This document shows positions 24,871 through 35,900 of a DNA stretch of 49,808 nt, piece after piece; position 1 is the first letter of the stretch, and each line of letters starts with the position of its first letter. The translations under genes were made by a program, and so were the position numbers. The notes under the pieces were generated by a model that did not search any database, was not told the DNA's origin, and worked only from the letters and a program-made list of their open reading frames with translations. Origin of the DNA: Octopus bimaculoides (Eukaryota). The stretch is taken from assembly GCF_001194135.2 (NCBI RefSeq), contig NC_068987.1:49784925-49834732 (forward strand). Reading direction: 5' to 3'.

Positions 24871-25250
24871 CATGACTGTGTGGTAAGAAGTTAGCTTCCC
24901 AACCACATGGTTCCAAGTTCAGTCCCACTGCACAGCACTTTGGGCAAATGTCTTCTACTATGGTCTCAGGCCAATCAAAGCCTTGCAAGTGGATTTGGTA
25001 GACGGAAACTGAAAGAAGCTTGTCATATATATGTGTGTGTGTGTGTGTCTCTATGTTTGTCCCCCACCACCGCTTGACAACCATTGTTGGTGTGTTTGCA
25101 TCTCTAATTTAGCTGCTCAGTAAAAGAGACCAAAAGAATAAATACCAGGTTTTTTTTTTTTTAAGTACTGGAATTGATTTGTTTGACTAAAAATTCTTCA
25201 AGGCAGTGCTCCAGCATGGCCGCAGTCAAATGATTGAAACAAGTAAAAGG
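24871..25250 (+). mobile_element. tRNA-SINE family A, full length
   Basis: ctgtgtggtaagaagttagcttcccaaccacatggttccaagttcagtccc head to cagtcaaatgattgaaacaagtaaaag tail. Confidence 0.85.
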
Positions 25251-25271
25251 TAAACAATAAAAAAAATTTCT

Positions 25272-25560
25272 GCATTGAGAGGTTACAGCTCCAGTACCAT
25301 GGACATGTTATTAGAATGTTACAGGAAAGAATTGCAAGACAGACTCTTCAAGCCAAGTCAACCAGCTGGAGGCCTAGGGGTAGACCAAGAATGTGATGGT
25401 CGGATAATATCCATAGTCTCAGTTGGTCACACATGGGGTTCCAGCTGGAAAGTGTGATGACAGTTGCTTGAGATAACCTATGGACAAGGTGCTTGAGGAC
25501 ACTACCCTCATGATACTCCATGGAACAGTAGGCAGAGATGGATGAATTGGAGGACATCAT
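25272..25560 (+). mobile_element. Old RTE-like LINE C-terminal fragment
   Basis: IERLQLQYHGHVIRM..RPRGRPRM*WSDNI. Confidence 0.6.
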
Positions 25561-25851
25561 CTCTATGCAATAATAATCAATAAAATCCAAGGAAAACCAT
25601 GATGGGCAGCATCAAAAGTGGTTAGTTTTAAAAAAGGAGATATGTTGGTGTATCATAAGAAGAAATATAAGGTTTTAGACATTTGTATCATTAGAAGTTA
25701 TAGCTAATGTTTTATACATGCTTAACTCTAACAGCTCCATATACAGTCCACAATGTTCATATATGGATTATTATAAACCTCTTCCATCACTGGCAGTGAG
25801 ATGGCATTCTTAAGAAAGCTGTCTTCAGTGAAAAATCTTCAGACTTTAGAC

Positions 25852-26136
25852 CAGTGATCCTCAACCATTTTTTGCTTATGGACCCCTGTGATTCCTATTT
25901 TACTCAGGAGGTGGGAACGTCATTGTCATTCGATGTCTAAAAACTCGTATTATATTTTTATGATTAAATATTATTCAGAATTGTATATAAAAATATTTAA
26001 ATATTTTGTGTATTATAGAAATATAACCAATTTATTGCACATAAATTTTAATGACAAAATTTTCTATGGGCTCTCAAGGGCCATATGGACCCTAGTATAT
26101 ATAATATACCCCAGCTGGCGGTATATTATATATACT
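25852..26136. mobile_element. hAT-type MITE, inverted relative to 32107, right TIR replaced by a palindrome
   Basis: cagtgatcctcaacc left end; gggccatatggaccctag matches the reverse complement of 32118..32135. Confidence 0.75.
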
Positions 26137-26967
26137 CTAAATGCAAAAGGTATATTATTTCCTTCTGATAAAAGAAAATATATTATTTACACTACCTCTA
26201 CAACTTGTATCACCGTCACCACCACCACTACTACTACTACTACTAAATTCCACCACCACCATCTACACCATTCTCCTTTATTTTTATATTATTCTCAGCT
26301 GAATTTATACTTATGTAAACCCACTAATACATGTTCATGGAGGACACCTACTTTGTTACTCATTTTGTGTACATGTACAAATACATTTGTACATAACTAT
26401 GCACATCCACTCACATCAAAGTATGTTGTAATGTTGATACACACATACATACGTATACACACATTAAAGCATGTTCTAATATTCATACAAACATGAAAGC
26501 ATGTTCTAATATTGACACACATATACACTCCATCACGCACACACACACACACACACATGTATACACATATTCATGCATATTCTTATTACATGGAAAAATG
26601 CGAGCTAGAGAAATAATTTTCTTAATTTTATAAAACTGGAAAAGTACAGGATAATTTTCAAACTTCTAATTATTAATTGATACTTAAAAGAATGAATTTT
26701 TTTTAAGTGCAAAAAATATTTTGAGTTATTTTTTAAAATTTTTAACAGAAGTAACAAGTAATAACAAATAGAAGTAACAGCTTGTAATAAAAGTTTTAGT
26801 TTTAATAAAAGCAAATATTTTCTAAATCTAAATCTTTTATTTGAAATTTTATCCTTAGCTGCAATATTTTAAGTAAAAATTTTCTTGTTCTGTACTTTAC
26901 CAGATATAATAACTTGTCCTGTACTTTGTCCTGTACTTTTGCAGGTTTATAATCTTCAGAATGTTAT

Positions 26968-27603
26968 GTTTATATATTTGTTTTGCAAGATTCTTGATGT
27001 GAATTCATGTGTTGAAACAGATTTTATTGTATTTGGGGATGGTCATGTTGCCAGTTTAGCTAATGAAAACACACACACTATATATTTGGTGTTCACTTGC
27101 TTCAGTTTTATTTTATATTAATAATATTTCGGCCAGAGTTCTTTCATCACACTTCTGTGACCTCATCAGTGGTCCTTTGCTTTCTTCTTTCTTTTTTGTG
27201 TCCCTCCTTACTAACGATCTGCCATTTTGTTTTCCTGTTGTATGTATCTTTATTTGCACATGCGTATATCCCTGTGTGTGTCTATGTTTAGTAAGTGTGT
27301 GTGTGTGGGAATGTGTATGGTGCTTGCATTATCAGTACCCCCTGGGATACTGTTAATGCAGGCACTATAAAGACACATACAACAAGAATATAAAATGGCA
27401 GACCGTTAGTAAGGTGAGACACACAAAAAAGAAAAAAGAAAGCAAAGGACCACCGATGAGGTCACAGAAGTGTAACGAAAGAACTCTGGCCAAAATACTA
27501 TTAATATAAAATAGAGCTGAAGCAAGTGAACACTAAATATATAGTGTGTGCGTTTTCATTGGCTAAACTGGCAACATGACCATCTCCAAATACAACAAAA
27601 TCT
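26968..27603. mobile_element. Second palindromic Penelope-type element with hammerhead-like core
   Basis: Arms 27019..27341 and 27343..27603 inverted; flanks aatcttcagaatgttat (26951) and aatcttcagaatattat (27599); unpaired tail about 26968..27018. Confidence 0.8.
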
Positions 27604-28403
27604 TCAGAATATTATTTCTCTTGCTTGCATTTTTCCATGTAATCCATGTTTTTTTCCAGGCTATGCTAATTAATAATGTGTCAATAATTTAAGATTTTAC
27701 CTTATTGAAAATTGAATAATAAATTTAATAAATTTCTAAATAATATTTTAAAAATTAGCAGTGTTGTTGATATTTTTTTTCCTTACCTCAATGATGCCAG
27801 TAACATATATTAAAAGTCCCCTTATAGAACTATATTCATAAAAAAGTATAGAATTATCATCCTCAAATTTGAGAAACAAACACTCATAATTCCTTGAATT
27901 GAGCTCTATCATTTAAGCTTAATTAAAATATAGTTTGCTTTTAAAATAAAAAAGTTAATTATACTTAAATCCAATTTTTTGCCTTATATTTTTTTCATGA
28001 TATTTTTACCTCACAATTTTTTTGATACAAATTTTTGTAGCATGGGACGAAAACTATGAAATTCCTCATGCTTTCTCCTATCATTGAAGCTAAGATAAAT
28101 ATATTTTGCTTTTAAAATAAAAAAGTTATTTGGATCCAAACTTGATTGGGGGTGTTACTTACTCTCCTGTAACGTTGCTACAAATTTTAATGTAAACTTT
28201 TTCTACTGCCAAAATGTAGCTAGGGACCAGTCCTCTTCAAAGATGTTAACAGTTTTCAATTTGGTTAAAAACTGAATTAGCAACAAAGTCTGAAATGCTG
28301 TATGTGAGTAAATTGCAGCCTTAAGAATATTATTCAACTATAGAAGTAGTTGAATGATATTACCACATATATATTTCTCCACATTCATCTTTTTGTCTTC
28401 AAG

Positions 28404-28592
28404 CATGAGATTTCAAGTGAAGGAAACCCATTGTCTGCAGGTGATGGAGAAAAATCAACAGATGATTCAAAATCCAACCAAAAGCAACACATCCATCCAA
28501 AGTACTCTTTGCGCCATATTTTTTCCACTGCCTTCACTATCTTTTATATCCTGTTGCAGTTATTCTTGCCATTTTCTCACTTCATTACAAAG
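28404..28592 (+). CDS. GGCX: GGCX coding exon (3' part of exon 8 equivalent)
   Basis: tttttgtcttcaag|CAT..AAG|gttagt; 189 nt, phase 0/0; HEISSEGNPLSAGDGEKSTDDSKSNQKQHIHPKYSLRHIFSTAFTIFYILLQLFLPFSHFITK; acceptor chosen by phase compatibility. Confidence 0.88.
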
Positions 28593-28673
28593 GTTAGTAT
28601 TGTGTTACAAAATTATTTAATCCTTTCATGAGTCATAGTATCCTTGTATGTTTAGAAATAATTATCAGAGATT

Positions 28674-28890
28674 AACCCACCTTTTTGATATCAGCCTCCC
28701 TGAGACCATCCCTGAATCTGTGATACAAACTTCCTGGTTTACAGTGATCTAAATAAAAGCCTTCCATCAAGATTTCATGTTAATTTGTTCCAAACACCAG
28801 CTTCATCATAAAGTTATTTTACTAAAATCTTCATTATTTTCACAATTAATTAAAATAAATGCAGTGTATTTCAACAAAGATATGCTAACC
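28674..28890. mobile_element. piggyBac-like MITE family 1
   Basis: ttaaccc...gatacaaacttcc...caaacaccagctt...gcagtgtatttcaac. Confidence 0.65.
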
Positions 28891-29112
28891 ATGTACCTTG
28901 TATGTGCAGGAAAAAGTATACTTATTCTTGTTGTCAAAATATTTTTCAAGATTAACCTTTTGATACCTACTGGCACATCTAGATTTGTGACATAAAATTC
29001 TTGTTTTAACCCTTTAACATTCAGATTACCCTGTCAAATGTAATGCTTATTTATTCATATTGTTTTGAGTTAATCATACATTATCTAGTAGCTTTAGTAT
29101 TTTGATGATGTA

Positions 29113-30450
29113 CAAGGGTGAGTCAAAAAGTAATGCCATTTTGTTTAGGACAGGTATAATTACCAACACAGGAACATGTATCATACATCAAAATGAAGCT
29201 GGTCCTCTGTGGATCACATCCCTACTTCTCAACATAGTCACCATTTCTCTCAGTAGCGATGTTCCACCTTCGAATGAGAGCATGTATCCCTGCCCCTTAA
29301 AATTTTGTTGACTGTTCTTTGAGCCACATCTTCACTACAGTTTTCACTTCCTCGTAACTGGAATAATGTTTGCCTCTCAAACCCTCTTTCATGGGGCCGA
29401 AGAGATGATAGTTTGAAGGCGTTAAATCTGGTGAGTATGGAGGATGCAATAAAGTTGTCCACCCAAATGAGGCGATTGTCTCCCTTGTCCTGGTGCTTGT
29501 GTGTGGTCGAGCATTGTCATGCAGAAGGAGGACATTGTCGATTGGCAAGTTGGGTCTTACTCGTCGGATTCTTGCTCTGAGCCTCGTCAGGGTCTCAATG
29601 TAGGCCTCAAAGTTTATTGTTTTTCCATTTGGCAAGAAGTCGACCAGAATGACACCTTGAGCATCCCAAAAGACAGTCGCCGTGATTTTTCCAGCTGACT
29701 TTTGCGTCTTGAACTTTTTCAGTGATGGTGACGTAGAGTGATGCCATTCCATTGACTGCCTCTTTGATTCCGGTTCATAATGATGAACCCATGTTTCATC
29801 ACCTGTTATGAACCTTCGAAAGAAGGTGTTGTCTCTTTGACTTAGTTCGAGAAGTTCAGTGCAGGCATTGACCCTGTCAGTCTTGCATTTGGTAGTCAGC
29901 TCTCTCGGTACCCAACGGGCACACACTTTTGAAAAGCCAAGTGATTCGGCAATGTTGTAAGCACTTTCATGGCTCACTTCAAAGTTTTCTGCCAACTCAT
30001 CAAGAGTTATGCGCCTGTCTTCTCTGATCAGAGCATCTGCTTTTGCTTTATTGGCAGGATTCACAGAAGCAGACGGACTGCCAGAACGGGGTTTATTGAC
30101 TACACACACAGTTCACACCTTTTCATCTTTAAGACGACAGACCCACCTGCATACATTACTAGAATCTAAAGTGTTGTCCTCAAAGACATTTTGTAATCGT
30201 CGATGAATATTCACAAGGGTTTCCCCCTCAGCAACAAGAAATTCAATCACTGATCTTTGTTCTTGACGTAACTCTAAGGGGGCAGCCATTTTGAATTTTC
30301 CTTACCAGTCTAAAAACCTGAAAAGTAAGAAACAAAATATTTCAGAACGTAAATGATATAATCATTTATAACTGGGAAAATTTTCAGTTATTTTTATCAA
30401 AAACTTCACATGAAATAAAGAAAGTGGCATTACTTTTTGACTCATCCTCG
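29113..30450 (-). mobile_element. mariner (DD34D) transposon, full length
   Basis: TA|caagggtgagtcaaaaagtaatgcca ... tggcattactttttgactcatcctcg|TA (24/26); 1338 bp. Confidence 0.97.
29222..30289 (-). pseudogene. mariner transposase pseudogene
   Basis: MAAPLELRQEQRSVIEFL..WVPREL..ITGDETW..LHDNARPH..YSPDLTPSNYHLF..NGDYVEK*; one stop near 30114, one frameshift near 29297, third catalytic D changed to N. Confidence 0.95.
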
Positions 30451-30809
30451 TAATTGTATATTTTAGAATAACATTGCAGTTAGATGAGAGAGGTTGGATC
30501 TGGCCAGTTTGAACCTAAAACAGGAAGAATATTTGGGCCTGATAGGACTGGTTTAAATGTTAAAGGGTTAAAGTGATTTAAATTAAAACTTTCCATCAAA
30601 ATTTCATGTTAATTTACATTCCAAACACCAGCTTGGCAAAATTATTATACTAAATTTTTCCTTATTTTTGCATTAATCAAAATAAATGCAGTGTATTTCA
30701 ACATAAATATTGTTGTAGCTTCACTGTAAGTTGAGTCATGTGTTCTCTGTTTTGAATACATGTCATATCTACTGATATCTTGTAGCTCTGATGCACTATT
30801 GTTATCATT

Positions 30810-31030
30810 ATTATCATCATTATATGACAATCATGTTCTATGCTGGCATGGGTTGAACTGTTTGACAGGATCCAATGGGCTTGTGGACTACATCATGCTC
30901 CAGTGTTTGCTTTGGCATTGTTTCTACAGCTGGATTCCCTTCCTAAAACCAACCACTTTACAGTATATACTGAGTGCTTTTTTTCATTGAATCAGCACTA
31001 GTGAGGTTGTTGTGCAGCTTGTAAGACTGT
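30810..31030 (-). mobile_element. Family D RTE-tail element
   Basis: ctatgctggcatgggttgaactgtttgac...gtttctacagctggattccc. Confidence 0.6.
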
Positions 31031-31539
31031 GAACCTCAAGAGAAGTGACTTTACACTACAAGATGAGGGGTTGAAGTACGAGAGAAGAGGGCCAAAGCAG
31101 AAACAAGTTTCTTGTTATAGAGGGGCTGCATGGCTACTCGTATTTTAGATGAAAGGGGTGATAAGTGATGGTGGTGTAGTGGGGAAGAGATAAATATAGT
31201 GGTGATGAGGTGTCTTTGTGGACCCTCAAGGCACAAAGTGAGAAGTAAACGGAGACAGAAGAATCAGCAGGTAGAAGTTGCAAGAGTGTATGAAAAAGTG
31301 AGAAATGAGGGCACTATAAAGCAAATGAACTTCAAATAGGAAAGCATTTAGATTTGCTATAAAAAGAAAGATAACTCTAGAGAGCTACACAGTGATACAG
31401 CCTAACAATTGAATGTCTCTTTTAGAGTTTATTTATGAAATTATTTGTAGCAAAATTGAATGTTTTTTGACAAAGAATTTCTTAACTTGTGTAATCATTA
31501 TGTAATTCTTGTTAGTATGTCTTTCAGTATAGAATAATA

Positions 31540-32080
31540 TCAAAGTCTCTTGACCTCAGTGTTGTTTTAATTTGGTGTGTATGGATATCATTATGTCTTA
31601 ATCTCAGTGTTTTGGCATCAGTGTGTCCTAAACCAGTGTCTTGATATTGATGTACTGTGTTATCAAAGCATCTTGACACCAATGTACCCTGATGTCACAG
31701 CATCATGATGTCAAAACGTTTTGATGTTAGTGTATCCTAATTTCAAAGCATCTTGGTGTCAGTGTATGACATCAATGTATCTTGATGTCATAGTATTTTG
31801 ATGTCATTGTGTCTTGATGTCAATGTACCTTAATGTCAGTGTATCCTGATGTTGATATATCTTGATGTCAATACATCATGATGTTAGTGTATCTTAATGT
31901 CAAAGTGTCTTATAGTGTACCTTAATGTGTCTTGATGTCGATGTACCTTAATGCCTATGTGTCCTTAATGTCATCAGAGTTCCTTGGTGACATCAGTATT
32001 TCTTGATTTTGTTTCCAGTGTTCCTGTTCTTTGGTGTTGTTGGTGTCCTTTGATATCAGTATATTCTGACACTGGTACAT
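31540..32080. repeat. Degenerate 15-16-bp minisatellite
   Basis: Units such as atgtatcttgatgtca, ttgtgtcttgatgtca, gtgtatcttaatgtca. Confidence 0.85.
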
Positions 32081-32106
32081 TGTTAATATCTGTATACCAT
32101 TTAAAG

Positions 32107-32351
32107 CAGTGGTTCTCAACTAGGGTCCATATGGCCCTTGGGGATCCATGTAAGATTTTGTGGTTAAAATTTATTGGTTATACTTCTATAACACACAAAA
32201 TATTCTAACAATTTTTTTAAATACAATTCTTAATAATCTTTAATTATAAAAATAGGAATTTTTTTTTAAAACACTGAATGTCTATGAGGGTCCAGTAGAG
32301 TAAAATAGGAATCAGAGGGGTCCTCAGACAGAAAATGGCTGAGAACCACTG
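32107..32351. mobile_element. hAT (Charlie-like) MITE
   Basis: cagtggttctcaac / gctgagaaccactg TIRs; perfect 8-bp TSD atttaaag. Confidence 0.93.
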
Positions 32352-32544
32352 ATTTAAAGAAAGAAAACACAAAATAGAAAATTGTCGACATACTGATATA
32401 AAATATATATACTGAAGCATGCATGATATTGAGTTAGACAAAATTAACTGTGTGTACAGTAGATATGGTCTCTTAGCTCATGAGACAAGAAAATGAGAAA
32501 ACTGATCTTCATTATTTTTTTGTTTTTTTTTTTGTTGTTGCTAG

Positions 32545-32676
32545 GGTTATAATAATTGGACATCTGGTCTGTATGGATATTCTTGGGACATGATGGTTCA
32601 TAGATGGAACACACAACATCTGCAGATTATGTATGTTGAGCGAGATACTGGAGAATCAGGATTTATTGATCCCATG
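32545..32676 (+). CDS. GGCX: GGCX coding exon (exon 9 equivalent), Glu-substrate-binding region
   Basis: ctag|GGT..ATG|gtgaat; 132 nt; [44 protein letters not shown]. Confidence 0.98.
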
Positions 32677-32943
32677 GTGAATATTTATAGATTTCTTTGT
32701 ATATACTTATTGTTGTTGTTGTCATTGATGTTTCATTGCTTTTGTTTTGTTTTGTTTTTATGCCTGGAAAGTTGAACAAGGAATAATTCAGGTTATGGCA
32801 TGATATTTCACCTCTCACAAAGGAACGTTGTTCAAATAGCTCCAGAAATTTGAGGCATGTGTGTGTGTATAGACAGATAATATATATATATATATTCATC
32901 ATCATCATCATCGTTTAATGTCCGCTATATATATATATATATG

Positions 32944-33192
32944 TGGAGGCGCGTGGCTAAGTGGTTCAGGTGTCAGCATCTTGATTGTAAGATTGTGGTT
33001 TCGATTCCTGGACTGGGCGACGCATTGTATTCTTGAGCAAAACACTTCATTTCACGTTGCTCCAGTCCACTCAGCTAGCAAAAATTAGTAACGCTGTGAT
33101 GGACTGGCGTCCCGTCCAGCTGGGAGCACATACGCCATTGAAACCGGGAAACCGGACCCATGAGCCTGGCTAGGCTTTAAAAGGGCGCATTT
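32944..33192 (+). mobile_element. tRNA-SINE family C (older copy at about 33989..34255)
   Basis: A box tggctaagtgg, B box gtttcgattcc, body ttgagcaaaacacttcat..gatggactggcgtcccgtccag. Confidence 0.8.
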
Positions 33193-33203
33193 ATTTTTTT
33201 TAT

Positions 33204-33236
<33 letters not shown>

Positions 33237-34297
33237 NNNNNNNNNNNNNNNNNNNNNNNNNNNNNNNNNNNNNNNNNNNNNNNNNNNNNNNNNNNNNNNN
33301 NNNNNNNNNNNNNNNNNNNNNNNNNNNNNNNNNNNNNNNNNNNNNNNNNNNNNNNNNNNNNNNNNNNNNNNNNNNNNNNNNNATACTATATATATATATA
33401 TATATATTATACTATATATATTATATATATATATTATACTATATATATTATATATATATATTATACATATATATTATATATATATATATATATTATATAT
33501 ATAGATAGACACATACACACATGTGAACATACACAGGTGTGTGTGTGTATAGAATGTTAAATATTCATAGTATGCAAATTAGTAGCGCCAGTTCTCTGAA
33601 ACTACTGGATTTGTTGTGTATATTACCTCAGTCTTCTCCTATGTGTATTGTATTTGATTCCTCTTCTTCTCTCAGCACATTTGTATTCTGTCACTCAGAC
33701 ACATGAGAGCATGACACATCTAGCAGAGTAGGCTCACTCCATTTTTTAAGGCTGTCATACACACACACACACACATACACACATCTATCCTGGCTTTTCT
33801 GATTTACCAAAAAAAATGAATAAAAAGGAAATGCTTTAGAATAGTAACTCATGCACCTCTTATAATATGCTTTATTTATTTATTTTTTCATAACAGTCTT
33901 CAGATTTCTATCTTTTGAACTTAGGGAATTTGGATTGTGAAAAATATATTTTATAAAATTTCATTTTTTTTAATCTCCTTTCCACATTGGGAGGCATGTA
34001 GCCTAGTGATAGGTGTTGCACACATGATCATCAAGATCATGGTTTCAATTCCCAGACCAGATTGTGCATTGCTACTTGAACAAAACACTCCATTTCTTGA
34101 TGCTCTAGTCCAGCAATAGTTGGAAAATTAACCTTGCAACAGACTGGCATCCCATCCAGGGTGGGAAAGTGTTGTGATCTCAGTCCTTTATATGATGTGG
34201 AAAGCAGGTTGAGCTCCATCCTTATGAATCCTAGGGCTTACGACTGACCTACGACCCTCATTTACTGGCAATATATATAATGCTTACAAACATACAT

Positions 34298-34468
34298 GGC
34301 GTGGTTGTGTGACAAAAAGGTTGCTTCCCAACCACATGGTTCCAGGTTCAGTCCCACTGCATGGCACCTTGGGCAAGTGTCTTCTACTATTATCTCAGGT
34401 TGACCAAAGCTGTGTGAGTGGATTTGGTAGACAGAAACTGAAAGAAGCCTGTCATATATATGTATATA

Positions 34469-34503
<35 letters not shown>

Positions 34504-34710
34504 CTCCCACCATTGCTTGACAACTGATGTTGGTGTATTTACATCCATGTAACTTAGCAGTTTGGCAAAAGAGACTGATAGAATAAGCACTAGGCTTGCA
34601 GAGAATAAGTCCTGGGATTGATTTCTTCAACTAAAAAACCCTTTAAGGTGGTGCTCCAGCATGATCACAGTCAAATGACTGAAAGAAATAAAAGAATAAA
34701 AGTAAAAGAC
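34298..34710 (+). mobile_element. tRNA-SINE family A, full length
   Basis: Same head and tail as 24871. Confidence 0.85.
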
Positions 34711-34986
34711 TACACACACATACACACAATATACACATCATCATCATCATCATCATCAGCATCATTTAATGTTTGTTTCTATGCTGGCATGGGTTGGACA
34801 GTTTGACCACAACTAGCAAGCAAGAGGACTGTGCTAAGCTCTATTGTCTGCTTAGTCATGGTTGCCATGGTTGGATGCCCTTCCTAAAGCCAAATAAATA
34901 TAAACACATACATATTTATATGTGTGTATATGTATATCCTAGCTCATTGTATTTTTCATACAGTCTATACTGTTATTCCATTGCAG

Positions 34987-35141
34987 GCTTTTGCCAGAAG
35001 CAGTAGGAGGTGGCCACTTCATTCTGACATGGTAAAGCAGTATGCCTTATGTATTGAAAACAGGCTTGAAAATCTTGGTCTGAAGAATGTTGAACTCTAT
35101 TTTGATGTTTGGGTTTCTTTGACGCAACGTTTCCAACAACG
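34987..35141 (+). CDS. GGCX: GGCX coding exon (exon 10 equivalent)
   Basis: gcag|GCT..CG|gtaagt; 155 nt; AFARSSRRWPLHSDMVKQYALCIENRLENLGLKNVELYFDVWVSLTQRFQQR. Confidence 0.97.
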
Positions 35142-35319
35142 GTAAGTTGTGGTGGTCATTTGGAGTGTTGTTTGATAAGCCTGCATCAACTCATAACTAA
35201 GAGAGAGAGAGAGAAGAAGTTGGGGTGGGGAGAGAGATATATGGTGATATATATATATCTGGTGCTTTGCTATACTCAAGAAGACCCTTCTGCCACAGCA
35301 GACTTGATACTAGTACTAG

Positions 35320-35900
35320 TGCCATATAAAACACTGGTGCTGGTGCCACATTAAAAGCATGCTGTACACTGTGGAGTGGTTGGCATTAGCAAGGACATCC
35401 AGCTGTAGAAACCATGCCAGAACAGACAATGGAGCTTGGTGTGACCCTCAACCATACCAGCTTTGATCAAACCATCCAATTCATTCTAGTATGGAAAAAG
35501 AGAAAACAGAAAAATGATGTTGATGATATATANNNNNNNNNNNNNNNNNNNNNNNNNNNNNNNNNNNNNNNNNNNNNNNNNNNNNNNNNNNNNNNNNNNN
35601 NNNNNNNNNNNNNNNNNNNNNNNNNNNNNNNNNNNNNNNNNNNNATATACATACATATATATATATAGCTCATCATCATCATCATTTAACATTCTTCTTC
35701 CATACTGACATAGGTTTGTTTGCCTGCTCAGTTTGACAAAGGATCTGATGTGTCCAAGGACTGCATCAAGCACCAATGTTTACTTAGGCATACTTTTTAT
35801 GATTGGATGCTCATCTTAATGCCAACCACTTTACAGTATGGACTTAGTGCTCTCATCATCTCACCTGCACTATTGAAGTCACCATGCAGTTTGCAGGACT
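35320..35900. mobile_element. Two family D elements tail-to-tail around an N gap (another at about 34735..34890)
   Basis: + copy ends ccaattcattctagtatggaa..gatgttgatg; - copy starts catcatcatcatttaacattc. Confidence 0.55.

Larger units (their letters stand above)
29010..30567. mobile_element. MITE family 2 interrupted at TA by mariner
   Basis: TTAA|ccctttaacatt ... aatgttaaaggg|TTAA. Confidence 0.85.
28956..30712. mobile_element. MITE family 1 interrupted at TTAA by MITE family 2
   Basis: cttgttTTAA[29010..30567]TTAAagtgatttaaattaaaactttccatc restores the family 1 sequence. Confidence 0.7.

Noticed and set aside
25888-26496. 202-aa ORF
   Set aside because: Crosses a hAT MITE and (ACT)/(CAC) repeats; no homology or splice support.
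28441-28592. Alternative acceptor ttgtctgcag|GT for the GGCX exon
   Set aside because: Needs phase 1, but the upstream exon ends in phase 0; 28404 fits.
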